A stretch of 64,000 nucleotides of DNA from Chrysemys picta bellii (GCF_011386835.1 NC_088793.1:170066001-170130000), one strand, 5' to 3'; counted from the stretch's first letter, positions 1 to 14,127 are shown. Notes: generated from the letters alone by a model not told the origin. Made by a program: numbers and translations.

Positions 1-1689
1 GAAACAGACTTAGTGGGAGCAGAATCAACCCTGAAACTGTCATTCCCTGAATCCAATTCACACAAACTTTTCTGAAGATTTTAAAATATTCAGTGAAATA
101 CCTACCAACCTCTCCCCCAGACCGCAAGCTTCCAACATGGTCACAATACCATCCTACTAAACCCTTTCTTTCTACTTCAGTCATGGGTGATCTGAGATGA
201 CTACGCCCATTCCAATGTTTTTAGAGAGTATCTGCTCTTTGCTCTGGGACAGAAGAACTCAGTAACTTCTCTGATGAGTTGTGGTGCTCTACCCATTTCA
301 AATTTTAGAAGCTCTCTCAATTTCACGCCTTGTGCGCTCTGTGAGATGCAAAGTCTAGATGATCACAGTAGGACCCTCTCTCACTTCCATCTCATAAGAA
401 GCTCTGATTGTGAGGAAATGGAGAGATTGATTTGAAATATCTGAACCCTGATGTTAACAGGGTTTCATTGCCCCAGAAACAGGTTGCTCAGTTGCCTCCA
501 CAAAACATCCAGAGGTTTCTCTAGTCTCCCTTTCATCCAAACTCTCAATTTCCAGTGATATTAATGAGAGTTACACACAGGCACATAAAATAGATCCCTA
601 TGGCTTTAAGCAGAAACACAGCCATTTGTACTACAAACAAACTGGCCGGTGAAAGAGAAAGTGTAGTTCATTTGTAATACATCCCCAGTGATGACACATC
701 CAAAGGATGGAATGTGGCGGGGACGACCGGAGCAAGACAAACAAAGAGAAAAGAATACAGATCTGCACTACTGGATCAGATAAATGTGATGAAGTGATCA
801 CTGTAGCGATAGGTGCACTTATGTATCTCCTTTGTACAACTATAAACTCTTTTTTTCTTAGAAAGTTTAGATACATTTAAACAGGTGGGCATCTATACCA
901 TCTCTCTGTGAGACACTGGAAAAGCTTAAAAAGCGATTTAAGGTGACATAAAACCATGGTACGGTTCACTCACCAGAGCACTGTAAAAGGTGAACATCGG
1001 AGGCTCATTCACCACTGCACTACTGCAGTTTTACACTATTGTTACTCCACTGATGTCAATGGAGTGAGTCCAGCATTCAGCTGGACATAGCACACTGGTG
1101 AACCAGGTCCATCTAAACAATATGTGTACAATGGAATCCTCTTATAAAGCAGCCCCATTTTTGATCATTATAATTGAATGATCGCCCAAGGTGAATCCAT
1201 GAAACAGGGAGTTTCCCTATAACAAACATGCACAGCGAAGCAAAATCATCATGATGCAAGGACAAAACAAGTTCTAATATATATTTCAATGCCAAAGTGG
1301 ATCAGTCATATTATTGTTGGCTCCAACTGGTTCTCTCATAACCTGTAATACACTTTAATCAGAACACTTTAAAAGGTGTAAGACTTTTTCCTGTCTTTGA
1401 GACCATCAGAGGCCAAGAAATTATTTCCATCACATCCTTAATAACAAATGCTTACTTATAAGTAGAAGTGAAGGGCAAAAGTATCAGACCCCTGGCATTA
1501 AACAAAGTTTTTCTTATTTAAAAGTGGGGAAGAGTGTTATGTTTTAATACCATGAGTGTATCCCTCTGCTCTTCTCCAGAATGACATATTTTTATTTTGT
1601 TCAGCTCTCAGCAGTAGTGACTTGTGTACAACCCTATACAAATTTAGCTTGCCTTTGCTGACTGGCTCTTTGCGCCAATCTCATTCTGC

Positions 1690-2040
1690 TCCTTCCCTTA
1701 CATCCATTCCAAGCCCCACTCTCACTGCTCTCCATGCCCCTGGCCAGCCTTTCTTTCCACCATTCCAATCCCCAATATGCCTCTTATTTTTCTGTGGTCT
1801 CTTCCATTCCCTTGCTCCTACAATGTCATATTCACTTGTTTCCCCTCTCATCCTACCCTGACCCCACATAATACATTAAAAAAGTCAAGCACACATATCA
1901 CATACATGGAGTGAGCACCATGTAGGACCAGGGCTATGGAACATAAACTCCTTAGGTCAGGGACTGTCTTTTGTTATATGTTTGTACAGCACCTAGCACA
2001 ATGGGGGTGTCTTTGGAATACAAATAAATAATTATAATAA
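1690..2040 (+). mobile_element. Ancient L2/MIR-like 3' tail fragment
   Basis: AAACTCCTTAGGTCAGGGACTGTCTT...GTACAGCACCTAGCACAATGGG followed by an AAT-rich tail resembles L2/CORE-SINE 3' ends. Highly degenerate; boundaries approximate. Confidence 0.45.
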
Positions 2041-2185
2041 TTCTGTATATTATATATATTATTTAATTATATTCACTGTAGGATTAACCTTTGTTTTGAG
2101 TACTTATTAGCTCTGTCAAAACTGGTCTAGGGTCCAAATCTTACAAAGTTTTGGGAGTATTTCTGTTGGAGTATTTATCATCAAC

Positions 2186-3876
2186 AGAGTTAAGGATAAC
2201 AAAAAAGGAGTTTTTAAACTATATTAGGAACAAAAATAATCCTAACAACGATATCGGCCCACTATTAGATGGAAATGGGAGAATTACCAATAATAATGAA
2301 GAAAAGGTAGGAGTATTCAATAAATACTTCTGTTCTGTTTGGGGAAAAGATGCATGATGTAAGTGATATAATATGACAACACTCCATTGCACTAGTATTT
2401 CAGGAGGATGTTAAAAAGCATCTACTAATGTCAGACATTTTTAAATCAGGAGGTCCAGATAACTTGCATCCAAGAGTTTTAAAAGAGCTGGATGAGGAGC
2501 TTGTTGGACTATTAAGGTTGATTTTCAATAAGTCTTGGAACACTGGGCAGTTCTGGAAGCCTGGAAGAAAGTTGTGTTTTGCCAGTATTTAAAAAGGGCA
2601 AATATTTGACATCAATCCCAGGCAAGGTAATGGAGTAGCTGATGCGGGATTAAAGGAGAGTAATATAATTAATGCTAATAAACATGGGTTTATGGAAAAT
2701 AGATCTGTCAAACTATCTTGGTATCTTGTTTAGATGAGATTACAAGTTTGGCTGATAAAAGTAATAGTGTTGATGTAATATACTTGGACTTCTGTAATGC
2801 ATTTGACTTGGTACCACATCACATTTTGATTAAAAGACTAGAATAAAAACATGGCACACGTTATATGGATTAAAAGCTGGCTAACTGATAGATCTCAAAA
2901 TATAATGGTAAATAAGGAATTATCATCAAATGGGTGCATTTCCATTGGTTTCCAGAGGTTTATTGGCCCTACACTACTTAACATTTTTATCAAGGGTCTG
3001 GAAGGAAACATGAAATAGTCACTAATAAAGGAATGGTAAATAATAAAGAGGACAGGTTACTGATACAGAGCTATATGGATCCTTTTGTAAACTGGGGTGA
3101 GAGAAAATGTGTTTTATTACAGGTAAATGTAATTGTGTACATCTAGGAACAAAGAATGTAGGCCACATTTACAGGATGGGGGACTCTATCCTGGGAGACT
3201 GACTGAACAAGATTTTTGTGGGGGGAGGGGCAAGGAGAGAATCTGCTGAACACGAGCTCCCAGTGAGACTCTGTGGCTAAAAGGGCTACTGCGATCCTTG
3301 GGTGCATAAACAGGGGACTCTCAAGTAGGAACAGAGAGGTTATTTTACCTCTGTATTTGGCACTGGTGCGACCAATGCTGGATTATTGTGGACAGTTCTG
3401 ATGTCCACAATTCAAAATGGGTGTTGATAAATTGGAAAGGATTCAGAGAAAAGGCACAAGAATTATTAAAGAATTAGAAAACATGCCTTATAGTGATAAG
3501 CTAATCTGTGATTGAGCTCCTTGTGTCTAACAAAGAGAAAGTTAAGGGGTGATTTAATGACAGGCTATGAGTACATACATCAGAACAAATATTTGTATTG
3601 GGCTCATCAATGTAGCAGAGAAAGTAATAACATGATCTAATGGCAGTAAATTGAAGATAGACAAATTCAGACTAGAAATAAGGTGTACATTTTTAACAGT
3701 GAGGATAATTAACCGTTAGAACAATTTAGCAAGGATGGTTTTAAAATCAAGATTGGATGGTTATCTAAAAAAATCTGCTCTAGGAATTATTTTGGGGAAA
3801 TTCTATGGTCTGTTTTATGCAGGAGGTCAGACTAGATGACCAAAATAGTCCTTTCTGGCCTTGGAATCTATTAATT
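2186..3876 (+). mobile_element. CR1 LINE, 5'-truncated, old (ORF2 RT region plus 3' UTR)
   Basis: Translates to CR1 ORF2-like KKEFLNYIRNK..IGPLLDGNGRITNNNEEKVGVFNKYFCSV, with GPDNLHPRVLKEL-like and AFDLVPH-like motifs. Many stops and frameshifts; CR1-like 3' end ...GTCCTTTCTGGCCTTGGAATCTAT. Confidence 0.9.
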
Positions 3877-5195
3877 ACTCCAGCACTTCTCAGGAGGCTC
3901 TCAGAATGCCACGGGAACAGGCCTCTACAGACTGAGCCCAGGTAGTTTTACAAAGACATGCACCAGCTGGCATCTGCTGCCAGGGGTGGTTGCCGTACAA
4001 TGAATACCCCTCAATCCTGACAGATGAACAGCAGACTTTGAGCTATAGTCTCAAGTCACAGTTTTTGCTAGATGAAAATTGGAGACCTTTGATGATTTTC
4101 ATATGCCATCTGGACATGGCCTAACTATATCCCATAGGAATGGGAAATTTTAAAAATTAATACTTCCACCTTTTGAAACTAAAAGGCAAAGTCTCTAGTG
4201 TGCCTGAACACAGCACGAGCTCAGGAACCAGACAGCTTTAATGTGGTGTCATTAATTTGACTTGACCAGAAGGATGTATGGTGTACTATATTGTATGCCC
4301 ATTGGGCCATATAAATAAAGAGATTTATTTATCAAGCGAAGTCAGAGAAATTCCATCCTTTCTAAGATGTCTCTTCCCTGACGCCAGCCATTCTGTAGCC
4401 TCACAGTTAGTCCATGTACTTGTTCACAATTTGAAGTATTTTGCTTTGCTTAATTGTCATTTGCTAAATACACCATTTACTTATCTTGGTGTTGCTTCCC
4501 AAATGCCTTGGAATTTCACTAATAAGTCCCTGTATAAATGAAAAGCTAATGAATATTAGAATCATTTGTACTGAATAGTTTGTGATAAATTTAGTCCCCT
4601 CATCTTTTTCTTCACATTCATGACTAGATAACAATTTTCTCTGAAGCATTCATTTTATTTTATGAAAGTTTCTACACTCTTCCTCTATTCTATGGCATAC
4701 TATTTAAATAAGGCTGCTGAGTTGTGATTGGTCACATAGTATTCTGTTAACTACTAAGATTATCAATTCAGATAGGTTTAGGTTTTTGATGGGAATGCTC
4801 ACGGACAGTCAATTTAAGAAACACTTCCTTTTAGTGATCAAGCACAACAGATTAAAATTCACTTTACATTAGGCTTAATGCTAGTACAACTGAATCCAGT
4901 GAGTACTCATGAGAAAACAAGAACACCACAATCATGGATAAGCCACATTCTTTTAAATATTCAAACAAACCTTTGCAGAACATTTTTTCACAGTACTGGC
5001 CAGGTTCTACTTGGATCTATTATGATAGGTTTCCCATGTTTATTACTTTGAAATATGATTATGTGTTTAGGAACAGCAAGAAAATACATACTATGGTCTT
5101 CAGTACATGAAGATTAAACATATACTTTCACTCATAATAACCTTGACTTTAAATTGAGAAAACAATAAAAAAGAGAACTAAAGTAACATCTCTGT

Positions 5196-5290
5196 GTCCT
5201 TGTCTATACTAGGAAATACAGACACCTACTTAACCACTGGAACTGCTCGATCAATTGCAGCAGCAGCCAACGCCTCTATGTAGACAGGAC
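5196..5290. mobile_element. Short MITE, GTCTACAC-type TIRs (Harbinger-like)
   Basis: Left GTCCTTGTCTATA and right TGTAGACAGGAC are imperfect inverted repeats. Confidence 0.55.
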
Positions 5291-5375
5291 TCGCATTCTT
5301 TACACTGTTAACCCTACTGCACCCTGTCATATAAGCCTTCTGAGAGTAATAGACACAGTGATAAAAACTCCTGAG

Positions 5376-6291
5376 TAGAGCTGACCAGGAATTTTCCATT
5401 TAAACAATTTTTCAACTAAAACAAGTTTCTGTAAAATCAAAATTTTCCACCGTAAAATTCCGATTTTTCCAAAGTTTGATAGTTTTCCATCTGGAAAACC
5501 TAAAGTGAATATTTCATTTCATGTTGGTTCAACCCGAATAAAAATAGTTTTGTTTGTTGAAGTGAACGGAAACATTTCATTTTTGACCCAGTTCAACATT
5601 AATCTGCCTCTGCCTCTGGTGCTGCTGTGCCTCATGGGCACTTTATGCCCCATTCTCCCTCAAGGGGCAGGCTCCTTGGCCAGAGTACATCTCCCGGGAT
5701 GCACCATGGGCTTCCCTCTAACCGAATTGCGCGGTGTATCACAGAAGTCAGATCACGGCAGAAGACGTAGCCCAGCCTGGCCCATAGAGAAGAATGGGGC
5801 ATTAAGCTCTCAAATGACAACTCTCATGAAGCATCATGGCACCAAAGGCAGATACAGTTTAGTGTTGAACTGGCTCAGAATGAAGCATTTCAGTCCAGCA
5901 AACCCAATGTTTTGATTCAGGAGTGTAGAGACATTTCATCTCAATCAAAAATGTCAAAACAAAATGTTTAGACACTTCTAAGTCAACATTTTTCCAAACT
6001 TTTTTTGGTCTGTGAAAAATTTCAATGTTGTGACTTTTTGTTCTGATTTGGGAGGGCTAGCTCGGTGGTTTGAGCATCGGCCTGCTAAACCCAGGGTTGT
6101 GAGTTCAATCCTTGAGGGGGCCACTTAGGGATCTGGGGCAAAATCAGTCCTGCTAGTGAAGGCAGGGGGCTGGGCTCGATGACCTTTCGGGGTCCCTTCC
6201 AGCTCTATGAGATAGGTATATCTCCATACATTTAAGCATCAAAGAGTCAAAATTCCTGCCGCATGGAAATCCTGATTTTCACGCAGCTCTA
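5376..6291. mobile_element. Non-autonomous hAT-like element (TAGAGCTG...CAGCTCTA ends) with a nested SINE
   Basis: Perfect 8-bp TIR TAGAGCTG/CAGCTCTA; AT-rich subterminal repeats and GC-richer middle. Same ends as the 13548 element. TSD not preserved. Confidence 0.7.
6050..6228 (+). mobile_element. Tortoise Pol III/SINE (tRNA-derived head, CR1-like tail)
   Basis: A-box-like TAGCTCGGTGG, B-box-like GAGTTCAATCC, and a tail GGGGGCTGG...ATGACCT...GGTCCCTTCCA matching CR1 3' ends in this window. Near-identical paralog at 57834. Confidence 0.92.
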
Positions 6292-6946
6292 TAGCCTCCA
6301 GAGTTGCTACACTATCGGTGCTGCTCCGCTGGTGGTGTTATGCTTCTCTATGTTGCCAGTGAGAGAGCGTATACTGTATGTGTCTCTCCGCCCTGGAGCA
6401 GGCTGTATCTGAACAAAACATTGCAGCAGCCTTTGTAGCAGGGAGTAGGAGTATTTCCATTTAAAGAAGTACAGAGAAAACAAGTGATAACAAAAATAAT
6501 CTACATACAAAAATAGGGCTAAGTTTGGGAAACAGTGTAATAATTGGCAGCTCCCATTTCTCACACAACATCTGCTCCAGTGGGTGTATCTCGATGCGGA
6601 TGGTTAACATGCTTGCTCAGTATGATTCAGGAAGCATGCTCTCTGTTTCACTGAAGGAGCCCTGCTTCAAAGTGCAAACTACTCGTCACAGGAAATAAGA
6701 ACCTGAAACTTGCAGAGAAAAGGATGTGGAATATACAGAAAGTTGGCAGATGTAACTGCGTGCCAGGGATGATCCCACAAATCCATAAATATTGATGACT
6801 TTGCAGTCTCTGAACGTGGATTATTCAGAACAGTGAAGCCTGCAGCTGCACATTCACAGCTTGTTATTCTCAAAAAGAACATTCCTAACCTGGGAATGTG
6901 CATATCTTTTCTGTCTCTAAGAGTTCCCCACTGTTCTTTTTAACAG

Positions 6947-7127
6947 AGCTAAAACAATGCTTTCCCCTCTGTCTCCCTGAATCGATACTTTATCATAATA
7001 ATGAAAAGGGACCCAAAAAAAGGCTCATGTTCAAAGACTTTTACCCCCTTATTACTAAATACTTCAGAGAGTATGCTGTAAGAATGGGGAAAGAATGTAA
7101 AATGTTCAGAATCACCTTTTTCCAAAA
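6947..7127 (+). CDS. Candidate internal coding exon, host gene unknown
   Basis: Acceptor CTGTTCTTTTTAACAG, donor AAA|GTATGT. Open frame ELKQCFPLCLPESILYHNNEKGPKKRLMFKDFYPLITKYFREYAVRMGKECKMFRITFFQK. Homology not recognised. Confidence 0.3.
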
Positions 7128-7599
7128 GTATGTTTCTTGTGGATAAACAGAGATGCATGATGTCACAGTGATCACAATGGATATGTTACATGTATCACAG
7201 ATAAATTGGATAGGTAAGATTCAATAATGTCAGAAAACATCTTCTCAATTCATGCACTTCGAAGATGGAACCCAACCAAACCTTTAGATTCAGACACCCC
7301 TTAAAACTTTATTCAAGTAAAATTCAGAGATCATGGCTAACTTTATGTAGCCAAAAATATTTACTGTACCATTATGCTGTGGATACCACTCCACAACTGG
7401 GTACCTGACTGACCTAATCAAGGATTTCTTGCCTCTGAAACAAATTACATTAGAAGGTAAACTGATTACAGCTCTGAACATTTCAAATGGGCTAGAGATA
7501 GCCTGAGCACAGTACTGATAGCCCCGAACTCCCAGACTCTGATCCTAGCTCAGACACAGATTTGTTGCACAACCTTAGTCATATCACTTAAATTCTCTG

Positions 7600-7860
7600 G
7601 CCATGTCTACACTACTGAGACTATAGCGGCATAGTTATGCCAGCATAATCCTATAGTGTAGATGCAGCCTACAACAACAGAAGGGCTTTTTCATCTCTGT
7701 AAGACCACCACTACCTCTGGGAGCATTGTTTCATTGACCTTGCTGCTTCTACACAAGGGGTTAGATCAGCATAGCTATGGTGCTCAGGGGTGTGGATTTT
7801 TCACAAATGGAAGAAAAGAGAGGAAATATTATATGAAGATCCACACAACTGACCATGAGT
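7600..7860. mobile_element. GTCTACAC-type MITE, degenerate
   Basis: Begins GGCCATGTCTACACTA; internal inverted segment ...TAGTGTAGATGC; right end eroded. Confidence 0.55.
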
Positions 7861-9285
7861 GAGGGTTCATTTTGGTGCCACAATGGGTAACTTTTAGGAG
7901 GTACCACCAGTCAAGAAGATGGCAAGCCCAAGTTGTCCAGCAAAGCATCTGAGACAAACCAAGATGAAGACAAACCAAAAGGATACAGGGCTGGCAAGTC
8001 CCCTCCCGAGTGATTCCCTCTTCCCTCCCCTCCCGAGAGCACACAATCATATTTTGAATGTTTACACACTCTACTGAAAGTGATATCTAATTTTGGTGAC
8101 TCCAGGGGGTGGAACTTATTTTGTGGCTGGAGTTTGGAAGAGCACCATTGACTCTCCAACTTGACCCCTGGCAAAATGTGGATTAAAAGTACTATCTACA
8201 GTACCTACTTCACAGTGGTGGTAAGTGTACTAATTGGATAATGTTTGCCTACTGCCTTGAAGATAAAATCATTAAATAATTAATGTTCTTTTATTTTAAT
8301 TTCTCACCAGCAGGCTATCACAACCTAAGACTTACAACCTTATCTGGCCACATTTAGTAGTGACTTTCTCTGTGAGTACTCCCACTGAATTGAGTGTGCT
8401 CAGAATCTGCTGTGCTCCAAGGAGGTAGGTTCGGGACATCATCTCTCCATCAGTGTCAAAAGCACTTAGGGCCACAAAAGGACGGCCCTGGGTGCTCCAA
8501 ATATAATCATGTGGTCATGTTTAGGACAGCACTTAAATATGTGCTTACATTTATGCACGTTTAAGCCATACTGACTTTTATGGGACTTAAAATAAGTACG
8601 TGCTTAAGTGCTGTCCTGAGTAGGGATGCTTTCCTAAGTCAGGAATTGCAAGTTACAGTACTCAGGAAAAAACAGGGGAGTGGAACTGGACTCATGCACA
8701 CACCATTAGTGGATATGCAACTAAGCATGTATGGTAATCAATATCATCATACCATAATTTCACCTTAGATATTGCTCCAGAATGCATCAGATAACATGGT
8801 TCATTTAGCCACAGTGATTGCTATTACCATGTTTACCAACAGTGGTATCACATATTGGTGTATTTTCATGCATATAGACTAGAAACAAACAGTGGCATCT
8901 CAGATACTGTGGTGTGGCAACTGTTGGTAAATGTTGACTTGTAAAGGGAGATCAATATATAAAGAATCACCAATACATCCTGCCTAAGTGGCAGGAAGTT
9001 AGCTCATCCAGAGACTTCATTTTAACCATCTTCCAAAATGTGAGGCAGAATAGAATGGATTCTTTGGACTCGTTTTTTGGTGGGCAGATGGTGGTGCTGA
9101 AATAATTTTTCATGTTGAAAAACAGATTTTCCATTCCAATAATGAGTTGTGTTCTGTATGAAATCCCAACTAAAGCAGTAGTGATTAATTGGCAGAAAAG
9201 TTAATTCAAAATGAGAATGCAGACAGAGTGTCCCCTTCATAGGCAGTAGTGTCTGTTTTAAACTAAGACAGATTTCTCTTTTTAG

Positions 9286-9326
9286 ATTGCCAATCAGTCT
9301 TTTAGGGGAAGGTAGTGCTGCTACAG
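9286..9326 (+). CDS. Candidate 41-nt exon
   Basis: TTTCTCTTTTTAG acceptor and CAG|GTAATA donor. The frame (K)LPISLLGEGSAAT is phase-compatible with the 6947-7127 candidate. Confidence 0.2.
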
Positions 9327-12300
9327 GTAATAAAAACCTTTCTTTAATTATATTTTTCAGGTTTTAAATGTCTTCAGATGTTTGAAAGGAACACCTCCAT
9401 ACAGATGTCTAAGGCATTTGTGTATTATGAATCTTTCTGACTTTTGTTTAAATGAATCACAAATTTGATAGTGAGATTTAGTCTGACTATTGGATTAGCT
9501 GTCATCAAGTTGTAGATTTCCTATTATGAATTGCAGGCAGTTAAAACTAAAATGGCCAGCATCAGGATCAACATGAATCTGGGATAGTTTTGTGTAATAC
9601 ATATATTGGGCAATTATCTACATTTTAGAATTTTTAGCATTATATTTTATGTCTGTGGGTATATTCCATTTCACACAGACTTCATGGTATGTTGCTCCCA
9701 GGGCACTTCCAGCTCCTTGCAGGATCAGACTTATTGTCTGTGTTTAGAATAGTCATTAATAATGTGGCTAGTTTAGGTTTCTCTCGTTCTGTGCTTCATT
9801 GTTCTGATTTTCTTTCCAGATGAGTGGCAGGAATGAACTTAGAAGCTCTTCCTTTTGAGCATATATATATTCAGTGTGGGATTTATATAGGCTATAAAGT
9901 TGAAAAAAACACCTTCCATGGACTCACTCCAGCTTACTTCAAACTCTCGCTCTCCCCCCTTTCCCTGCTCCCTTTGCTCACCTTGCCCTAATCTTCTCTG
10001 TCACCCTGCAGAAGCTGGCCACTGTTGGTACAAGAGCCCGGTGAGCTACTGCACACCATCAATCCCACTGAAGCCACATGGAGCTGCGGTTGCTCAGGTC
10101 TAGAAAGAATACATAATATGCAGCAGATATGCACAGATAACAGACATGGGTCAAGACATGGGGCCTCTAATTTGGGGTGTTGTAATAGTGCACACGCTAC
10201 TTGGACCCCTGGCATCCAAAAATAGAATCCACTTTTGAAACTTTGGGCCACAGTAATTCATAGTCATTGCCATTAGACTATCCCTCTACAAAAGCCTGAC
10301 CCTGACATCAATGGGAGCTGCAGGAGCTCAGTACCTCTCAGGATCAGGCCCTAACTCAAACTGCAACCCTTATACACAAGTCTGGAAAAGAATTACTCAT
10401 GTGAGTAGAGACTACAAGATTGGGCTCTAGCTTTTAATAAACAAACATTCTTAAGAATATAATCACTCTTGCTTTGCACAGTAAAACATTGCGTCTTTCC
10501 TTTTATTCCTGACATTTCCTTTGTGCAGTTGCATTAACATTAATTAACGTTTCCTCCATTAACACTCTAGGGCTTACTTAACATATTCCAGCACCTCCAA
10601 TGAGAGTTTTCTGTACGGATCCAGATGCTCAGATTTGCCTGATGGTAAATGATTAATCCTTTTTTCCTTTAATATTTATTTCTACATTAACTTCATAAGA
10701 TCTGACACCAGTGTGTTACCATTACAGATATATAAACACAGAAAAATTATTACACAGACTGAATCAAACCTGTGCATAGTGTGTGTGGTTGAATTTTAAA
10801 CGCAAACAGCTTCAGAGAGCTTATCCACATAAAAGTAATAATTAACATTCCTAAAGTAATAACTAGTCAGTCGGGTTTCGTTCAAACATTTGCATGCTTT
10901 CAATATGTGCGTGATATGCTTCAGTCTTAAAGCTGACAAAACACAGCAGGTTACTCAGCATGCATGAAAAGAGCTGACATTACAGTCAACGGTGACATTT
11001 TGTTTGAATGATCCTTCATGCAAGATTATTGCAGCATTCTGTGTGTTTCGTTTATGCAAAGTCAGAAGGCAAAATAACGGACATAATTGCACTATTTAAC
11101 ACTGCCGTTGCTTTCTTGCCTTCTGTCCCAGTACTTGATGTGTTGCTTTAGGTGAAAATTGCCACCACTGGATTCAAGTCAACTCCATTACAATCAATGG
11201 AGTTGTTCAAAAAATGACTTTGGGCCTTTGTGTTACTACCTTGGACATTAAAGGGGAAAACCCACAAAATTCTGTATTTTATTCACCTGTAATAAAGTCA
11301 TAAATATTACTGTACATCCCTAGGGCACCTTTTAACCAAAAGATCTCAAAATGCTTTACAATCTCCCACCCTTTCCCTAAACTGCTACTGGTATCTTTCA
11401 TGGAAAAATTCAAAGCCCCGTGGTGGTTTTTTCAAGATTATCCTCCTTATTCAGCTCCCATTGAAATCAGTCAGGCACTACAAGATGCTACAAGATGCTA
11501 AATGTATCTAATCAGGAAAGAGAAGCAATGATTTATGGTAGATTTAGTGGGAGTTAGATGCCTATTTGTCATTTGTGCCTTTGAAAATCTCCCCCGTTAT
11601 GTGCTCAATCCAGGCAGTTAAAAAAATTGCAAAACACTTACTGAGTGGATTTGAATAACACATACATATCTGGAAATCATGATGATCTGATTGCAGAAAA
11701 TTCATAGCAGAAAACCACCATAAGTAATAGTAAATTATTGAGTGTGAATTATTCAGTAAGTTCCAGTAATAATCTCTCCGGTTGCTGTTTGATGGAAGAG
11801 TTAGAAATAATATCTAGAAATCTTTGATACTGAAATAGTGGGTCCAGGAATTAAGAATCAGTGCCTTTATTATTATGTAAGCTACCACAGCTCCCAGGTT
11901 TACTGATTAAAGAAAGCATGAGAAATGTTGACAAATACATATGTGGATATACAAATAAGTATGGGAGACAAAAGGGTAAAAACGGTTTTTTAATACTCTA
12001 ACATATTAAGCTATTCTATATCAAAGAGTGCCTAATGATTTCATTCCACCCTTATTTGTACAGTACTAAGCCCAGTATCTAAGATGATATTTCATTTTAC
12101 ATCATTTGTTTCTTTAGATGTATTCCATAAAGACACTGTTTCAGCAAGGTCAGCAGGGCTCAGCTATGATTAACAATGAGTGAAGTTGCCAGCTTAATTC
12201 CCTTGCCCAGTGGGCTGAAAACTGCAGTGAGATCAAAACTCTTCTGCCTCAGGACCTACATCTAAGAGTCTGCATGTATCATTACATTATCCTGCCCACG

Positions 12301-13291
12301 CTTTCAACAGGAACAATGGTTCAGTTTTATGTTTATTCATCCTTGGCAGTCAGTTTAAGAAAAGGGGTTTTTAATGTAATCCTCCCCAATTGGGCCAAAT
12401 CTTGCAGTTGTAATTTAGCTCATGCAAAAATCCCTTTGATTTGGGGGAAGCTCTGCCTGAGTCAGGAGTGCAGGGTTTGGTCCTGTTCTCTTCCACTGTG
12501 CTCAATCACGGAAGTATCTGAGCACCTTCCAGCAATGTGGCTAACATCTGTCACGAGTTGTTCTCTCATCCTCTCCCCAGAGGGAAGAGTGTGTGCCCTG
12601 GAATATCTTGGACACACTCCTTGTGTCTTGATGATGCATGCTTAGCCAAGTTTGTCAGTGGAAATTTCGACTTGGAAGATTATTACATTTTGCAGCTCAG
12701 AGTGAGTTCAGCTATGTATCACTCTCACTATAAATTAGTCTATTGCAGGCGCCTCACTCACAAAAGCACAAGATAAGATGGAAATTAAAAGCAAACAACA
12801 CATTTTTGAAGGATTAATTAAGATTGCTTTGGGACGAACAAGGACGAAATAATACCACTGAAGTAATAAAGCTTGCCAATAGCATTTTAGAAAAGCACAG
12901 GGTAAGAGAAAGTAATTCAGTCATTAGATAACTGATCAACTCTTTCCCACTCTTTCCCCTCTCTTCATTCAGCTCCAGAACACCCACTTCCTACAGGAAA
13001 AATCCACAAGTCACTAGCCAATTTAATATATTAAAAAAAAAAGCAACAAAAAACCAAAAACACTTTTACTCTGTCATGCTGCATGCTTGAAAACCATATG
13101 ATCTTATATATGTTCCTCCCCTGCCTTTTATGGAATCGTGTCTGTTATTAGTTTGCAAGCTACTTGGGACAGGGACCACATTATTATTATTTCTATTGTG
13201 GTAGCACCTAGAAGCCCTAGTATGGACTAGGCCCACCCTTGAACAAATGCTCTACAAACAGAACCAAAAAATGGTCTGTGACCCAAGGAAC

Positions 13292-13426
13292 GAGGTTTTT
13301 AAGGTCAGGCTTGACGAAGCCCTGGCTGGGATGATTTAGTTGGGGATTGGTCCTGCTTTGAGCAGGGGGTTGGACTAGATGACCTCCTGAGGTCCCTTCC
13401 AACCCTGATATTCTATGATTCTATGA
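13292..13426 (+). mobile_element. CR1 LINE 3' end (young subfamily)
   Basis: GGTCAGGCTTGAC..AAGCCCTGGCTGGGATGATTTAG...GGTCCCTTCCAACCCTGATATTCTATGATTCTATG with (ATTCTATG)n tail. Same sequence as the 3' end of the 61381 element. Confidence 0.95.
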
Positions 13427-13547
13427 ATGTATTTCTATTATGAGGTGCCCAGCATACTTTCGGGCATTATTAAAATAGCACAAGATAAATAATAATCCAA
13501 AACCCAGATTAAATATGGTTAAAATGATGTGTCTGAGGTTTTGGGAC

Positions 13548-14127
13548 TAGAGCTAGTGAGAAAAATTCTCTTGAAACAGTTCTTTTTCTGTCAGAAAATG
13601 CTGTTTTGCTTAAATTGAATTTTCCCAAAAAAATAATCATATAGGTTTCAATGAAATGTCCAACAAATTCCTCCCTCCACCCGCATTGAAACAAAAACAT
13701 TTCATTTCTGAAAATTTCATTCTAGAAAGTTTTTATTTAGAAATTTATTTTATTTTCACTTTTATATTACTTTTATATAGTTTCTTGATATGTCAGCAGT
13801 CGAAGTCCATAATATGATATACCATATCATATCATGTCAGGAATAGTGCATAACATGAAATAACATCATTTATGTACTACCACCACTGCCATATCAAGAA
13901 ATTATAAAAATACAAATATAAAAAACATTAATTTAAAAATGCAATATTTATTTTTAAATGAAATTTCAAAAATGTTACTAAATAAAATTTTCAAAATCAA
14001 AGTTTTTCAGAATTTCCATTTCATGGGAAATTTTAAAGTATTTTTTTGTTTCAGTTTGGAATGAAAACCCATTTTGAAATTTCATAGTTTCCCACAAAGT
14101 GAAAATTCTGAGTTTTGACCAGCTCTA
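13548..14127. mobile_element. hAT MITE with 8-bp TSD
   Basis: TIR TAGAGCTA/CAGCTCTA; perfect flanking duplication TTTGGGAC (13540-13547 and 14128-14135); very AT-rich interior. Confidence 0.85.

Noticed and set aside
4481-4529. Minus-strand terminal exon DLLVKFQGIWEATPR*
   Set aside because: Good acceptor, but phase-incompatible with the 17260 candidate, very short and with no recognised homology. Insufficient support.
6050-6125. tRNA gene (also at 57834)
   Set aside because: The tRNA-like head continues into the SINE body and CR1-like tail; no complete cloverleaf.
9361-9413. Further + strand exon continuing the 9286 candidate
   Set aside because: Would need a 34-nt intron, below the practical vertebrate minimum, and a weak GC donor.
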